DNA of 64,000 bases from Bacillota bacterium (GTDB lineage: Bacteria > Bacillota > Clostridia > Tissierellales > MES13), in NCBI GenBank assembly GCA_009711785.1, contig VENA01000016.1, positions 476 through 64,475 on the forward strand, given 5' to 3'. This document shows, one piece after another, positions 53,622-64,000 of this stretch. The position numbers and the translations under genes are program-made. The notes beneath the pieces are model-generated. The model ran no database searches and was not told the DNA's origin. It saw only the letters and a program-made list of their open reading frames with translations. Each line of letters opens with the position of its first letter. The stretch's first letter is position 1.

Positions 53622-55688
53622 TTATATATATTTTTTAGAAAGTAATTTCTCAAAGGTAGTCTCACTAACAGGTTTACTGAAAAAATAACCTTGTAACATG
53701 TCACACATCTTATCTTTAAGGAAATGTAAATGTTCATTTGTCTCTACACCCTCTGCAACAATATCAACACCTAAACTCTTAGCCATAGATATTATAGCAG
53801 TTATAATCTTTATATTTTCTATTTTTTTAATATCCATTATAAAGGATTTATCTATTTTTAGTTTATTTATATTAAGCTCCTTTAACTTATTTAATGAAGA
53901 ATACCCAGTCCCAAAATCATCCATGGATATTTTTATTCCAAGCTTTTTAAGTTTATTTAAATTTATAATTATTCTATCAAAGTTTTTAGCACAAACAGAT
54001 TCTGTTATTTCAAGTTCTAAAAACTCAGAAGAAAGTTTTGTTTCTTTTAAGATATTTATAACTATATCGGGAAAATCTAATTGCTCTAATTGTTTACTAG
54101 ATATATTTACAGCCATAAAAATAGGTTTAAATCCTTGATCTATCCATTTTCTATTTTGAATACATGCATTCTTTAAAACCCAATTTCCTATTTTATAAAT
54201 CATTCCACTGCTTTCAGCTATGGGTATAAACTTATCTGGCGGTATAAAACCCATTTCTTCACTTTCCCATCTAAGTAATGCCTCTGCCCCTATAACCTTT
54301 CCTGTTTTAGTACTTACCACTGGCTGATATTTAATATATAGCTCATCATTTTCTATTGAATTTCTTAATTTATTTTCTATAGTAAATTGTTCCCATAGTT
54401 CTGAGTTAAAATTCTTATCATATAGTTTGATTTTATCTTCTTTACAATCTTTAGCCTTATACATAGCAGTTTCAGCATTCTTTATAAGAAAACTAGAGTT
54501 TAATCCATGGTAGGGATATAAAGAAAGTCCTATACTAGCAGATAAATATATATGATGTGTATCTATTATAAAGGGCTTATTAAATAAATCTAATATCCTT
54601 TTAGATATTTCAAATATCTTCCTAATATTTGTACTTTCATATAATAAAATAAACTCATCTCCACCAAACCTAGATATAACATCAAACACATCGTCATATT
54701 CCTTAAGTCTAATTGAAATTTCTTTTAATATTAAATCCCCTACTATATGCCCTAAATTATCATTTATTTTACTAAATCCATCTATATCTATTAAAAGTAT
54801 TGATACTTTTTCATTCTTTTTTATTTTCTTATCAAGTTCGTTTATGAAAAAGTCTTTATTATATAGTTTAGTTAAACTATCATTATCTGTTAAAAACTTA
54901 TACTTTCTCTTTATGTCTAATTCCTCTGTTACATCATTAACAATTGTATGTAATAATACTTTATCATTTATTTTAATTGGTTCAATGAAAGCTTTAACAT
55001 CCCTAATTTCACCATTTGAAAGTTTAGTTTTTAAACCATAAGCTCTTTTTTTTCCTGATTTGACCTTTTTTATTTCTTTGTTTAAATTCTCTTTACTTAA
55101 CACATTTATATCTTCGGTTTTTAACTTCAAAAGTTCACTTTTACTATATCCATAGTATTTACAAGCTGATATATTTGCATCTACTATTTTATTATTTTGA
55201 GGGTCAATTAATAGCATGATTGCATTATTATGTCTAAAAAAGTTTATATATTCCTCTTCTTTTTGAGTTAGTAAATTAAACATCTCACTTTCTTTAGAAA
55301 CATCCCTAATAAAAACATTTAATAAATTACCACTTTCCTTTACAAAGGATATTTCAGCAAGAAAAGAATTTTCATTTGCTTTTTTTAGTAACCACCTAAA
55401 GTTTCTTTTATCCTTAATAATTTTTTCAAAGGCTTTAGTAGTACTTTCATCAATTTTCTCATCATAATATATAAGATCATAAAAGTTTTTACCCACTAAC
55501 TTATATTTGTTAGAATATTCAAACAAATTTAAAGCTAGTTTATTGCACTCTATGATTTTTTCTCTATCTAGTATAATCACCGCTTCAGGGAACTTATTAA
55601 AAACTTTTTTATAATAATCATCGTTTAATAAAAATCTATTATTTAATTGTGTCATCATACTTCCCCCTTTGTTGTAAAAACCTTTCAT
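53622..55688 (-). CDS. PAS-PAS-GGDEF-EAL protein (c-di-GMP synthase/phosphodiesterase)
   Basis: RFGGDEFILL (intact GGDEF), EALLRW (EAL), DDFGTGYSSL, and two N-terminal PAS-like segments. Confidence 0.9.
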   Translation of the reverse strand: MKGFYNKGGSMMTQLNNRFLLNDDYYKKVFNKFPEAVIILDREKIIECNKLALNLFEYSNKYKLVGKNFYDLIYYDEKIDESTTKAFEKIIKDKRNFRWLLKKANENSFLAEISFVKESGNLLNVFIRDVSKESEMFNLLTQKEEEYINFFRHNNAIMLLIDPQNNKIVDANISACKYYGYSKSELLKLKTEDINVLSKENLNKEIKKVKSGKKRAYGLKTKLSNGEIRDVKAFIEPIKINDKVLLHTIVNDVTEELDIKRKYKFLTDNDSLTKLYNKDFFINELDKKIKKNEKVSILLIDIDGFSKINDNLGHIVGDLILKEISIRLKEYDDVFDVISRFGGDEFILLYESTNIRKIFEISKRILDLFNKPFIIDTHHIYLSASIGLSLYPYHGLNSSFLIKNAETAMYKAKDCKEDKIKLYDKNFNSELWEQFTIENKLRNSIENDELYIKYQPVVSTKTGKVIGAEALLRWESEEMGFIPPDKFIPIAESSGMIYKIGNWVLKNACIQNRKWIDQGFKPIFMAVNISSKQLEQLDFPDIVINILKETKLSSEFLELEITESVCAKNFDRIIINLNKLKKLGIKISMDDFGTGYSSLNKLKELNINKLKIDKSFIMDIKKIENIKIITAIISMAKSLGVDIVAEGVETNEHLHFLKDKMCDMLQGYFFSKPVSETTFEKLLSKKYI

Positions 55689-55761
55689 TTAGAAAGTTAT
55701 CAAAGTGTAAATAGTCTGTTTAAGCTTACCATATATTTCTTTATAATTCAACAAATTCTGT

Positions 55762-55795
55762 AAAAAAATAAAGCCTTGATTAAAAAATCAAGACT
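55762..55795 (-). terminator. Rho-independent terminator after pyc
   Basis: AGTCTTGATT-tttt-AATCAAGGCT followed by TTATTTTTTT on the minus strand. Confidence 0.7.
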
Positions 55796-55841
55796 TTTAT
55801 ATAAGAGGTAAGTTAAGGGGGGCCAAAACTTACCGCCTTGC

Positions 55842-58800
55842 CTATTTAAGTTTTATTAGCAGTTCTCCAGATTCAACCTGTTCTCCTTCTTTTGCTACTA
55901 CAGTATCTACCTCTGCTGCTTGTGATGCTATTACATTAGTTTCCATTTTCATAGCCTCTATAACCGCTACAGTTTCATTTTCTTTCACTTTATCTCCCGG
56001 CTCAACTAATATTTTTAATACATTTCCTGGAATGCTTGCTCCAATTTCTAAAGGATTATTAGGATCAGCCATCTTTGTAAACTCTGCTTCCTGTTTTATA
56101 CCATTTGCTTTATCATATATTTTAATTTCTCTTCTACTATCATTTACTTCAAATATAATATTTCTTTTACCTTCTTCGTCTAATTTACCTACTTCAAGTA
56201 ATTTTATTACAAGTACCTTTCCTTCAGCTATTTCAATTTCACATGTTTCACCTTCATTTAAACCATGGAAGAATATATCACTACCCATATTACTAAAGTC
56301 TCCATATTCTTTTATATAGTCTAGATATTCTTCAAATACCTTTGGATATAAACCATAGCTTATTAACTGTTTAGTTGTAGGCTTAAAGTCATACTTTTCC
56401 TCAAGATATTTTCTTGTTTTATCAAAATCCATCGGTTCTAGTAACTCCCCTGGTCTGCAAGTTATAGGCTCTTCATCTTTAAGAACTAACTTTTGAAGTT
56501 TTTCAGGGAAACCTCCTTGAGGTTGACCCATCATACCTTTAAAGTATGATACTACTGAGTCTGGGAAAGATTTTCCTTTAGCCTTTTCATATATATTTTC
56601 AGAAGTTAAATCATTTTGAACCATAAATATAGCTAAATCTCCTACTACCTTTGATGATGGAGTAACTTTAATTATATCTCCTAGCATTAAATTAACTTCC
56701 TTATACATATTCTTAACTTCATTAAATCTATGTCCTAGACCAAAACTTTCTACCTGGGGTTTAAGGTTAGAATATTGACCTCCTGGAAGTTCATATTTAT
56801 ATATTTCAGCAGTTGCTGATTTTAAATCTGATTCAAATTCTTCATATACTGGTCTTACAGCTCTCCAGTAATCAGATATCTTTTGTATTTTATTAGTTTC
56901 AAAACCTGTTTCTCTACTAGTATTATTTAAAGCTGCAACTATTGAATTAAGTGCAGGTTGACTTGTTAAGCCTGACATAGAGTTTATAGCTGTATCAACT
57001 ATATCTACTCCTGCTTCTGAAGCCATTAATATTGTAGCTACACCATTTCCACTAGTATCATGGGTATGAAGGTGTATAGGAATACTTATTTCATTTTTTA
57101 AAGCTTTAATTAACTTATAAGCAGCGTGAGGTTTTAATAATGCTGACATATCCTTAATACCAAGAATATGAGCCCCTGTTTTTTCTATTTGTTTTGCCAT
57201 ATTAACATAGTAATTTAAACTATATTTATCTCTTTTTTCATCTAATATATCCCCTGTATAACATAAACAAGGTTCTGCAATTTTTCCTGTCTTTAATACT
57301 TCATCTATGGCAACTTCCATACCTTTTAACCAGTTTAAGGAGTCAAATATTCTAAATACATCTATTCCTCCCTTAGCTGATTGTTTTATAAGATTTCTTA
57401 TAATGTTATCTGGATAGTTCTTATATCCAACACCATTTGAACCTCTAATAAGCATTTGAAATAAAATATTTGGCATTCTTTTTCTTAATTTTTCTAATCT
57501 CTCCCAAGGTGATTCCTTTAAGAATCTATACGCAACATCAAAGGATGCTCCGCCCCACATTTCTAGAGAGAATAAATCTTTTTCTAAAACAGACATTGAC
57601 TTAGCTATTTTAATCATATCTTTAGTTCTTACCCTTGTAGCCATTAATGATTGTTGAGCATCTCTCATTGTAGTATCTGTAAGTAGTAATTTATTTTGCT
57701 TTTTTATCCACTCTACAACACCATCAGGACCATTTTTATCAAGGATTTGTTTAGTCCCTGATAAATTCTTAACTTCACCAACATCTGGCACAATAGGTAC
57801 ATCAAATTCTTTTTTATTACCCTTAGTTTCGTTTACAACCTTTTCACCGATATAATTTAATACTCTTAATTCAACATCGGCTTTAGGAGTAATATCAAAT
57901 AATTCAGGATTGTTTGATACAAATCCAGTATCACAAATTCCTTCTTTAAAAGCGTCGTGATTTAAAACATTTATTAAAAATGCAGTGTTAGTTTTAACAC
58001 CTCTTATTTTAGTTTCTCTAATAGATCTACTTGCCTTTCTAATAGCATCTTCAAAAGTTCTAGCCCAGGAAGTTGTCTTAACTAATAAACTATCATAATA
58101 AGGACTTATAACAGCACCTGTAAATCCATTACCTCCATCAAGTCTTATTCCAAATCCAGAGCCAGTTCTATAAATATCAATTTTACCAGTATCCGGTGCA
58201 AAATTATTAGAAGGGTCTTCTGTTGTTATTCTACATTGAATCGAATATCCCCGTACATTAATATCTTCTTGAGATTTTATACCTATTTCATTAGAATCTA
58301 GTGAATATCCTTCAGCTATTAAAATTTGACTTTGTACTATATCTATTCCAGTAACCAATTCAGTAACCGTATGTTCAACTTGTATTCTAGGATTTGTTTC
58401 TATAAAGTAATGATCTCCATAGGCATCAACTAAAAACTCTACAGTACCGGCACTTCTATAATCAACAGCCCTAGCTATCTTAAGAGCATCTTCACATATT
58501 TCTTTTCTTTTCTTTTCATTTAAACTTATTGCCGGTGTAAATTCAATTACCTTTTGGTGTCTTCTTTGTATTGAACAATCCCTTTCATATAGATGTACTA
58601 AATTACCTTTCTTATCTCCTAGTATTTGTACTTCTATATGCTTTGGTTTCTCTATATATTTCTCTACAAATATATCATCTATTCCAAAGGCTTTTTTTGC
58701 TTCATTCTTAGCACTTTGATATTCCTTTAAAAGGTCTTTTTCTTCTCTTACAATCCTCATACCTCTACCACCACCACCGGCAGCTGCTTTTAAAATAACT

Positions 58801-59270
58801 GGATATCCACAGTATTCAGCGTATTCTTTGACCTCTTCTTCATTCCTTGCAGCCTTTTCTATTCCTGGTATAGTCGGTACTCCGACATTGTTAGCAACTT
58901 TTTTAGATTTTATCTTATCTCCTAGTTTATCCATCATTTCATGGGTTGGTCCAATAAACTCAATACCTGCTTCTTCACATTTTCTCGCAAATTCAGTATT
59001 CTCAGATAAAAAACCATATCCAGGATGTATAGCATCTACACCTTTATTAACTGCTAATTTAATAATTTCTTCAATATTTAAATAAGCTTCTATTGGTCCT
59101 TTGTTTTTTCCTATTAAATATGATTCGTCAGCCTTTGTTCTAAATAAAGAATATTTATCTTCATCAGAATATATAGCAACAGACCTTATCCCGAGTTCAT
59201 TACAAGCTCTGAATATCCTTATGGCAATTTCCCCTCTATTAGCCACGAGAATTCTTTTGAATTTTTTCAT
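55842..59270 (-). CDS. pyc: pyruvate carboxylase
   Basis: 1142 aa. Biotin carboxylase N-terminus (ILVANRGEIAIRI), a carboxyltransferase TIM barrel (DTTMRDAQQS), and a C-terminal biotinyl motif EAMKME. Confidence 0.95.
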   Translation of the reverse strand: MKKFKRILVANRGEIAIRIFRACNELGIRSVAIYSDEDKYSLFRTKADESYLIGKNKGPIEAYLNIEEIIKLAVNKGVDAIHPGYGFLSENTEFARKCEEAGIEFIGPTHEMMDKLGDKIKSKKVANNVGVPTIPGIEKAARNEEEVKEYAEYCGYPVILKAAAGGGGRGMRIVREEKDLLKEYQSAKNEAKKAFGIDDIFVEKYIEKPKHIEVQILGDKKGNLVHLYERDCSIQRRHQKVIEFTPAISLNEKKRKEICEDALKIARAVDYRSAGTVEFLVDAYGDHYFIETNPRIQVEHTVTELVTGIDIVQSQILIAEGYSLDSNEIGIKSQEDINVRGYSIQCRITTEDPSNNFAPDTGKIDIYRTGSGFGIRLDGGNGFTGAVISPYYDSLLVKTTSWARTFEDAIRKASRSIRETKIRGVKTNTAFLINVLNHDAFKEGICDTGFVSNNPELFDITPKADVELRVLNYIGEKVVNETKGNKKEFDVPIVPDVGEVKNLSGTKQILDKNGPDGVVEWIKKQNKLLLTDTTMRDAQQSLMATRVRTKDMIKIAKSMSVLEKDLFSLEMWGGASFDVAYRFLKESPWERLEKLRKRMPNILFQMLIRGSNGVGYKNYPDNIIRNLIKQSAKGGIDVFRIFDSLNWLKGMEVAIDEVLKTGKIAEPCLCYTGDILDEKRDKYSLNYYVNMAKQIEKTGAHILGIKDMSALLKPHAAYKLIKALKNEISIPIHLHTHDTSGNGVATILMASEAGVDIVDTAINSMSGLTSQPALNSIVAALNNTSRETGFETNKIQKISDYWRAVRPVYEEFESDLKSATAEIYKYELPGGQYSNLKPQVESFGLGHRFNEVKNMYKEVNLMLGDIIKVTPSSKVVGDLAIFMVQNDLTSENIYEKAKGKSFPDSVVSYFKGMMGQPQGGFPEKLQKLVLKDEEPITCRPGELLEPMDFDKTRKYLEEKYDFKPTTKQLISYGLYPKVFEEYLDYIKEYGDFSNMGSDIFFHGLNEGETCEIEIAEGKVLVIKLLEVGKLDEEGKRNIIFEVNDSRREIKIYDKANGIKQEAEFTKMADPNNPLEIGASIPGNVLKILVEPGDKVKENETVAVIEAMKMETNVIASQAAEVDTVVAKEGEQVESGELLIKLK

Positions 59271-59301
59271 ATTATCGCCCCGCCTTATTTTATTTTTTTG
59301 T

Positions 59302-60303
59302 TTATTTTAAGATCTTTATTATTTCATCAGTAAATTCCTTAGTGCCTAATTTACCTCCAAGATCCTTTGTTAACTTATCCTTTTGTAAAAATATTTCACT
59401 CATTGCTTTTTCTATTTTACTAGCTGCTTCATATTCGTCTATGGATTTAAGCATCATAATACCAGAAAGAATTGTTGATGTTGGATTAGCAATATTTTTA
59501 CCTGCAATATCTGGTGCTGAACCATGAACTGATTCAAATACTGCTATATCATCACCAATATTAGCCCCGGGTGCTATACCTAACCCACCTATTAATCCTG
59601 CTGACATGTCAGATAAGATATCTCCATAAAGATTAGGTGCAACTATCACATCATATTCTTTAGGATTTTGAACAAGCTTCATACTCATAGCATCCACTAT
59701 TACATCTTCAAATTCAATATCTTTATAATTTTTAGCTACATCCTTAGCGCATTTTAAAAACAAACCATCGGAAAGTTTTAATATATTTGCTTTATGAACA
59801 GCAGTTACCTTTTTCTTTCCTTCCTTATAAGCAAGTTCAAAGGCAAATTTAGCTATTCTTTTACTGGCCTTCTTTGTAATAATTTTTATACTTTCTGCTG
59901 CTACATCGGATATATTATGTTCAATTCCTGCATATAAACCTTCAGTGTTTTCTCTTACAATTATAAAATCTATATCTTCAAAAAGGGATTTAACTCCTTT
60001 ATAACTTTTTATTGGTCTTACGTTAGCATAAAGGTTAAGCACTTGTCTTAAATAAACATTAACGCTTCTAAAACCGACACCAACAGGAGTGGTTATTGGT
60101 CCCTTTAATGCAACTTTATTTTTCTTTATACTTTCTATTACTTCATCAGGTAATGGAGTATCATATTTCTCTAAAGCTATAGTTCCTGCATCTACTATAT
60201 CCCACTTAATATCTACATCTGTTGCATCTATAATTCTTTTTGTAGCTTCTGTAACTTCAGGACCTATTCCATCACCAGGTATAAGTGTTATTTTCTTACT
60301 CAT
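59302..60303 (-). CDS. icd: isocitrate dehydrogenase, small homodimeric IDH/IPMDH-family type
   Basis: 333 aa. [13 protein letters not shown] and NLYGDILSD motifs. Clustered with aconitase and a citrate synthase analogue. Confidence 0.8.
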   Translation of the reverse strand: MSKKITLIPGDGIGPEVTEATKRIIDATDVDIKWDIVDAGTIALEKYDTPLPDEVIESIKKNKVALKGPITTPVGVGFRSVNVYLRQVLNLYANVRPIKSYKGVKSLFEDIDFIIVRENTEGLYAGIEHNISDVAAESIKIITKKASKRIAKFAFELAYKEGKKKVTAVHKANILKLSDGLFLKCAKDVAKNYKDIEFEDVIVDAMSMKLVQNPKEYDVIVAPNLYGDILSDMSAGLIGGLGIAPGANIGDDIAVFESVHGSAPDIAGKNIANPTSTILSGIMMLKSIDEYEAASKIEKAMSEIFLQKDKLTKDLGGKLGTKEFTDEIIKILK

Positions 60304-60324
60304 TCATATTTCCCCTTTCAAAAG

Positions 60325-62238
60325 TTAGTTAGATTTTATTAGATTTAATAATCCTCCTGCTAAAAGCATTTCTTTCTGTCTGTTAGTTATAGTTAATTTT
60401 AACTTATATTCCTTATCCTTAGATTTTAAAATAATAAAATCATTATCTATCTGAGTTAGTAAGTCTTTTATTACTAATCCATCTAAAAGATTTATATCAT
60501 CATAATCACTTTCATCAACAAAACATAAAGGAAGTATTCCATTATTAATTAAATTTTGTTTATGGATTCTTGAAAATGATTTAGCTATAACAGCTTTAAC
60601 TCCTAAATATAATGGAGCTAATGCAGCATGTTCACGACTTGAACCTTGACCATAATTTGTTCCAGCAACAATTATTCCACCATCATTTTCCTTAGCTCTT
60701 TTAGGAAAATCTTCATCACATGGTGTTAAACAATACTCAGATAAATATGGGATATTAGATCTATAAGGTAATAACTTAGCATTTGAAGGCATTATATGAT
60801 CCGTAGTAATATTATCCCCAACCTTAATTAAAACATTACCTTCTATTTCATTTTCTAAAGCTTTAGTCTCAGGGAATGGCTTAATATTTGGTCCCCTTAC
60901 AATTGAAACATCATTTTCAGCCTTAGCTGGAGCTTTTATTAAATTATCATTTATTAAAAACTTTTCTGGCATTTTAACATCTAAATCATAATCATAGTCT
61001 AAAGGATTAGTCATAACACCAGTAATCGCAGAAACAGCAGCTACTTCTGGACTTACTAAATAAATATCTGCTGAAGTTGTCCCTGAACGACCCTTAAAGT
61101 TTCTATTAAACGTTCTTAAAGACACACCATTAGTATTAGGTGCTTGCCCCATTCCTATACATGGTCCACAGGCACATTCTAATATTCTAGCTCCTGCTGA
61201 AACAAGTTTTGCTAATGCACCATTTTCTGCAAGCATATTTAAAACTTGCTTAGAACCTGGAGATATTACTAAGGAAACATCTTCTGATATTGTTTTTCCA
61301 TCTAATATATTACTAACCTTCATTAAGTCCATATATGATGAGTTTGTACAACTACCAATAGCTATTTGATTAACCTTTTTTCCTTCTAATTCCTTTACCT
61401 TTACAACATTATCAGGACTATGGGGACAAGCAATTAAAGGTTTAAGTTCATTTAGATTAATTTCTATCTCTTCATCATACTTAGCTTCTTTATCTGCCTT
61501 TAATTCAGTAAAATCTTCTTCTCTATTTTGAGCTTTTAAAAATTCATAAGTTACTTCATCAGAAGGGAATATACTAGTTGTAGCACCTAACTCTGCTCCC
61601 ATATTTGTAATAGTTGCCCTTTCAGGTACTGTTAAACTTTTTAAACCTTCTCCGCTATATTCAAATATTTTATTAACTCCACCTTTAACCGAACATATCT
61701 CTAAAACCTTTAATATAATATCCTTTGCCGATACTCCAGGCTTTAATTTTCCTGTTAATTTTACATTAACTATTTTAGGCATATCAATATAATACTCTCC
61801 ACCTGCCATAGCAACTGCAACATCTAATCCACCTGCACCGATAGCAAGCATACCTATACCTCCAGCTGTAGGAGTATGACTATCTGAACCAAGTATCGTC
61901 TCACCAGGAACTCCAAATCTTTCAAGATGAACCTGATGGCATATACCATTACCAGGCTTTGAAAAATAAATCCCATGTTTCTTTGCTATTGACTGTATAT
62001 AAAGATGATCATCTGCATTTTCTGGTCCTGCTTGTAATGTATTGTGATCAATATATGCTACAGATCTTTTCGTTTTTACTCTATCTATACCTAAGGCTTC
62101 AAATTGTAAATAAGCCATTGTTCCTGTTGAATCCTGGGTTAAAGTCTGATCTATTTTTAAACCTATACCTTCACCTTTTTTCATTTCACCTTTTACTAAA
62201 TGTTTCTTTATTATTTTTTCTGCTACTGTAAGTTTCAT
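60325..62238 (-). CDS. acn: aconitate hydratase
   Basis: 637 aa. Fe-S cluster ligand motifs (GSDSHT, IGSCTNSS, CGPCIG) and a swivel domain (GQGSSREHAA). Confidence 0.9.
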   Translation of the reverse strand: MKLTVAEKIIKKHLVKGEMKKGEGIGLKIDQTLTQDSTGTMAYLQFEALGIDRVKTKRSVAYIDHNTLQAGPENADDHLYIQSIAKKHGIYFSKPGNGICHQVHLERFGVPGETILGSDSHTPTAGGIGMLAIGAGGLDVAVAMAGGEYYIDMPKIVNVKLTGKLKPGVSAKDIILKVLEICSVKGGVNKIFEYSGEGLKSLTVPERATITNMGAELGATTSIFPSDEVTYEFLKAQNREEDFTELKADKEAKYDEEIEINLNELKPLIACPHSPDNVVKVKELEGKKVNQIAIGSCTNSSYMDLMKVSNILDGKTISEDVSLVISPGSKQVLNMLAENGALAKLVSAGARILECACGPCIGMGQAPNTNGVSLRTFNRNFKGRSGTTSADIYLVSPEVAAVSAITGVMTNPLDYDYDLDVKMPEKFLINDNLIKAPAKAENDVSIVRGPNIKPFPETKALENEIEGNVLIKVGDNITTDHIMPSNAKLLPYRSNIPYLSEYCLTPCDEDFPKRAKENDGGIIVAGTNYGQGSSREHAALAPLYLGVKAVIAKSFSRIHKQNLINNGILPLCFVDESDYDDINLLDGLVIKDLLTQIDNDFIILKSKDKEYKLKLTITNRQKEMLLAGGLLNLIKSN

Positions 62239-62257
62239 ACCCTGTCCTCCTTTTATT

Positions 62258-63655
62258 TTAAACTGCTTCTATATCATCATCTTTTAATAAATTTGGTAAA
62301 TGCAGTGAAACTATTCTTTTTAATTCTTTATTATGAATTACAGTTGTTCTTCCATTTTCATATTGTTCATCGATCCATATCTTTATAGGACGTAATCTAG
62401 GATCTTTCTTAGTTATTTTATTATCTCCCTTTAATCTAAAGAAAGTATTTACCCAGGCTGCAATACCTGCAAGTCCTGAATATTGATTAATTGCCACTAT
62501 AGCAGGTCTATCTAATATTTTTTCTGTATCAAATGCATTATAAATCTCTTCATTTTTTAACATTCCATCAGCATGTATTCCTGCCTTTGTTACATTAAAT
62601 TCACTACCTACAAAGGGTGTGTCAGAATGTATTTTATAATTAAGCTCTCTTTGGAAATACTCAGCCACTTCAGTAATTACCTTAAGATTTAAATCATCAA
62701 GTGATCCTTTTAATTGACCATATTGTACAAGCATTGCTTCTAGTGGACAATTTCCAGTTCTTTCACCTATACCAAAAAGAGTTGTATTTATTGAAGATGA
62801 TCCATATAACCAAGCTGCTAAAGAATTATCTACAACTGAGTAAAAATCATTGTGTCCATGCCATTCTATTTGTTCTGATTTAATATCTGTATTATATTTA
62901 AGTCCATGTATAATAGCAGGTATACTTCTTGGTAATTCAACTCCATCAAATGCTACTCCAAGACCTAAAGTATCACAAGCTCTTATTTTTATATCAAGCT
63001 CTGAACCTTTAGATAACTCTAATAAATTATTAACTAAAGGCACTACAAAACCATAAAAATCAGCCCTTGTTATATCCTCTAGGTGACATCTTGGTACTAT
63101 TCCATTTTCTAAAGCCTTTTCAGCTAAAGATAAGTACATATTCATAGCTTTACGTCTATCAACATTTAATTTTTTAAATATATGATAATCTGAACAAGAC
63201 ATTAACATACCAGTCTCTTTAATGTTCATTTTCTTTACTAATTCTAAATCCTCTTCCTTTGCTCTTATCCATGATGTGATTTCTGGAAAATCATAACCTT
63301 TATTCATACATTCTTTTACAGCTAATCTATCCTTTTCTGAATATAGAAAAAACTCAGTCTGTCTAATTATCCCAGAGCCATTATCTAGTTTATGAAGATA
63401 TTCATAAAGTTTAACAATCTGTTCTACCGTAAATGATGACATAGATTGCTGTCCATCTCTGAATGTTGTATCAGTAATCCATATATTCTCAGGTAAATTT
63501 TTAGGATAATGAATATTATTAAATTTTAATCTTGGTACCTCTGAATAAGGAAAAATACCTTTATATAAATTAGGTTTTTTCACATTATTTAAATTATAAT
63601 TGTAGGCATTTGATTTTTTCGTCGAGTTTTTTGTAAAAAGAAATTTATCTTTCAT
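62258..63655 (-). CDS. Re-face citrate synthase (isopropylmalate/homocitrate synthase family)
   Basis: 465 aa. ITDTTFRDGQQS HMGL-like barrel. Its size and its gene context with acn and icd match the clostridial Re-citrate synthase described in Clostridium kluyveri. Confidence 0.7.
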   Translation of the reverse strand: MKDKFLFTKNSTKKSNAYNYNLNNVKKPNLYKGIFPYSEVPRLKFNNIHYPKNLPENIWITDTTFRDGQQSMSSFTVEQIVKLYEYLHKLDNGSGIIRQTEFFLYSEKDRLAVKECMNKGYDFPEITSWIRAKEEDLELVKKMNIKETGMLMSCSDYHIFKKLNVDRRKAMNMYLSLAEKALENGIVPRCHLEDITRADFYGFVVPLVNNLLELSKGSELDIKIRACDTLGLGVAFDGVELPRSIPAIIHGLKYNTDIKSEQIEWHGHNDFYSVVDNSLAAWLYGSSSINTTLFGIGERTGNCPLEAMLVQYGQLKGSLDDLNLKVITEVAEYFQRELNYKIHSDTPFVGSEFNVTKAGIHADGMLKNEEIYNAFDTEKILDRPAIVAINQYSGLAGIAAWVNTFFRLKGDNKITKKDPRLRPIKIWIDEQYENGRTTVIHNKELKRIVSLHLPNLLKDDDIEAV

Positions 63656-64000
63656 TATATAACCCCCTTGTTTTGTTGTGAAGGATTCGTTTCATTTTCC
63701 TTCATTATTATATTTATTCATAATTTCTTAAAAATATAAAAAGTGTATTTTATAAACATATATTTATTTTGAAGTTCCTTTCATCATCGTTATCGTTATT
63801 ATTCCAGGCCTGCTTTTGATAAACGAAAGAAAAACTAATCTTTATAAATAATATAAAAATAGTTTCGTACTTTAGTGTCTAAAAGCATTTTAACATAAAA
63901 AAAGTCGTTTTACAAGAACTTTTTGCAAGAGGTTTTATTTTTCTTGCAAATAAAGTCTATTTCTTTAAATTATTTTAATATTTTAACGTTTTTGTTAAGA

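Noticed and set aside
53698-54138. 146-aa plus-strand ORF, and similar antisense ORFs at 42052-42387, 29328-29663, 23074-23439, 22137-22457, 14753-15040, 16849-17124 and 38548-38829
   Set aside because: All are embedded antisense in well-supported minus-strand genes (EAL domain, fliY, flaG, fliF/fliG, motB, flgE, flgL). They translate to S/L/F/I-rich low-complexity strings, as expected in AT-rich DNA.
63656-64000. Hairpin TTGCAAGA-N10-TCTTGCAA near 63930-63970 and the surrounding 340-nt AT-rich region upstream of the Re-citrate synthase gene
   Set aside because: I recognise no riboswitch core or sigma-factor consensus there. The region is truncated by the window edge, so its neighbour is unknown and no assignment is possible.
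1-64000. Searched for CRISPR arrays, tRNA/rRNA genes, prophage or defence-island signatures (regular short repeats, integrases, toxin-antitoxin pairs)
   Set aside because: I saw no regularly spaced direct repeats and no cloverleaf-like or rRNA-like segments. The only recombinase/RT-type sequences are the decayed IS and intron remnants at 29.8-32.5 kb.

Overview
Low-GC Firmicute (Clostridia-like) chromosomal segment. Every credible gene is on the minus strand; the only real plus-strand coding remnant is a decayed transposase. About 48 kb is a near-complete Gram-positive flagellum/chemotaxis regulon. In minus-strand transcription order (high to low coordinates) it reads: cheW-cheD-cheR-cheA-cheC-cheY-cheW-fliM-fliY | flgM-flgN-flgK-flgL-fliW-csrA | fliC plus two very large TPR/glycosyltransferase genes (one also carrying a SAM-methyltransferase domain) | a ~2.8 kb mobile-element graveyard (IS1182/IS4-like transposase pseudogene, IS3 fragment, two abutting group II intron remnants) | flaG-fliD-flgN-like-flaG-like-fliS | flgB-flgC-fliE | fliF-fliG-fliH-fliI-fliJ-fliK-flgD-orf-flgE-flbD-motA-motB-fliL-fliO-fliP-fliQ-fliR-flhB-flhA-flhF-flhG-pilZ-fliA-orf-orf-flgF-flgG. 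A sigma-54 enhancer-binding protein gene and mrpE-mrpF follow directly. The high-coordinate flank is housekeeping: SBP-argG-argH, a PAS-GGDEF-EAL protein, pyruvate carboxylase, and a Re-citrate synthase/aconitase/isocitrate dehydrogenase cluster. I found no new protein-coding system. The most interesting signals are non-coding and absent from the ORF track: (1) a class-I c-di-GMP riboswitch with terminator in the leader of the che/fliM/fliY operon; (2) a consensus-spaced sigma-54 promoter with a triple upstream repeat in front of mrpE, next to the activator gene, which is itself appended to the flagellar operon; (3) tandem near-identical T-box leaders, probably Arg (AGA), before SBP-argG-argH; (4) SigD promoters and CsrA-site architecture at fliC and flgM; (5) group II intron remnants that keep domain V/VI hairpins. 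All calls come from reading the sequence and ORF translations by eye. No searches were run.
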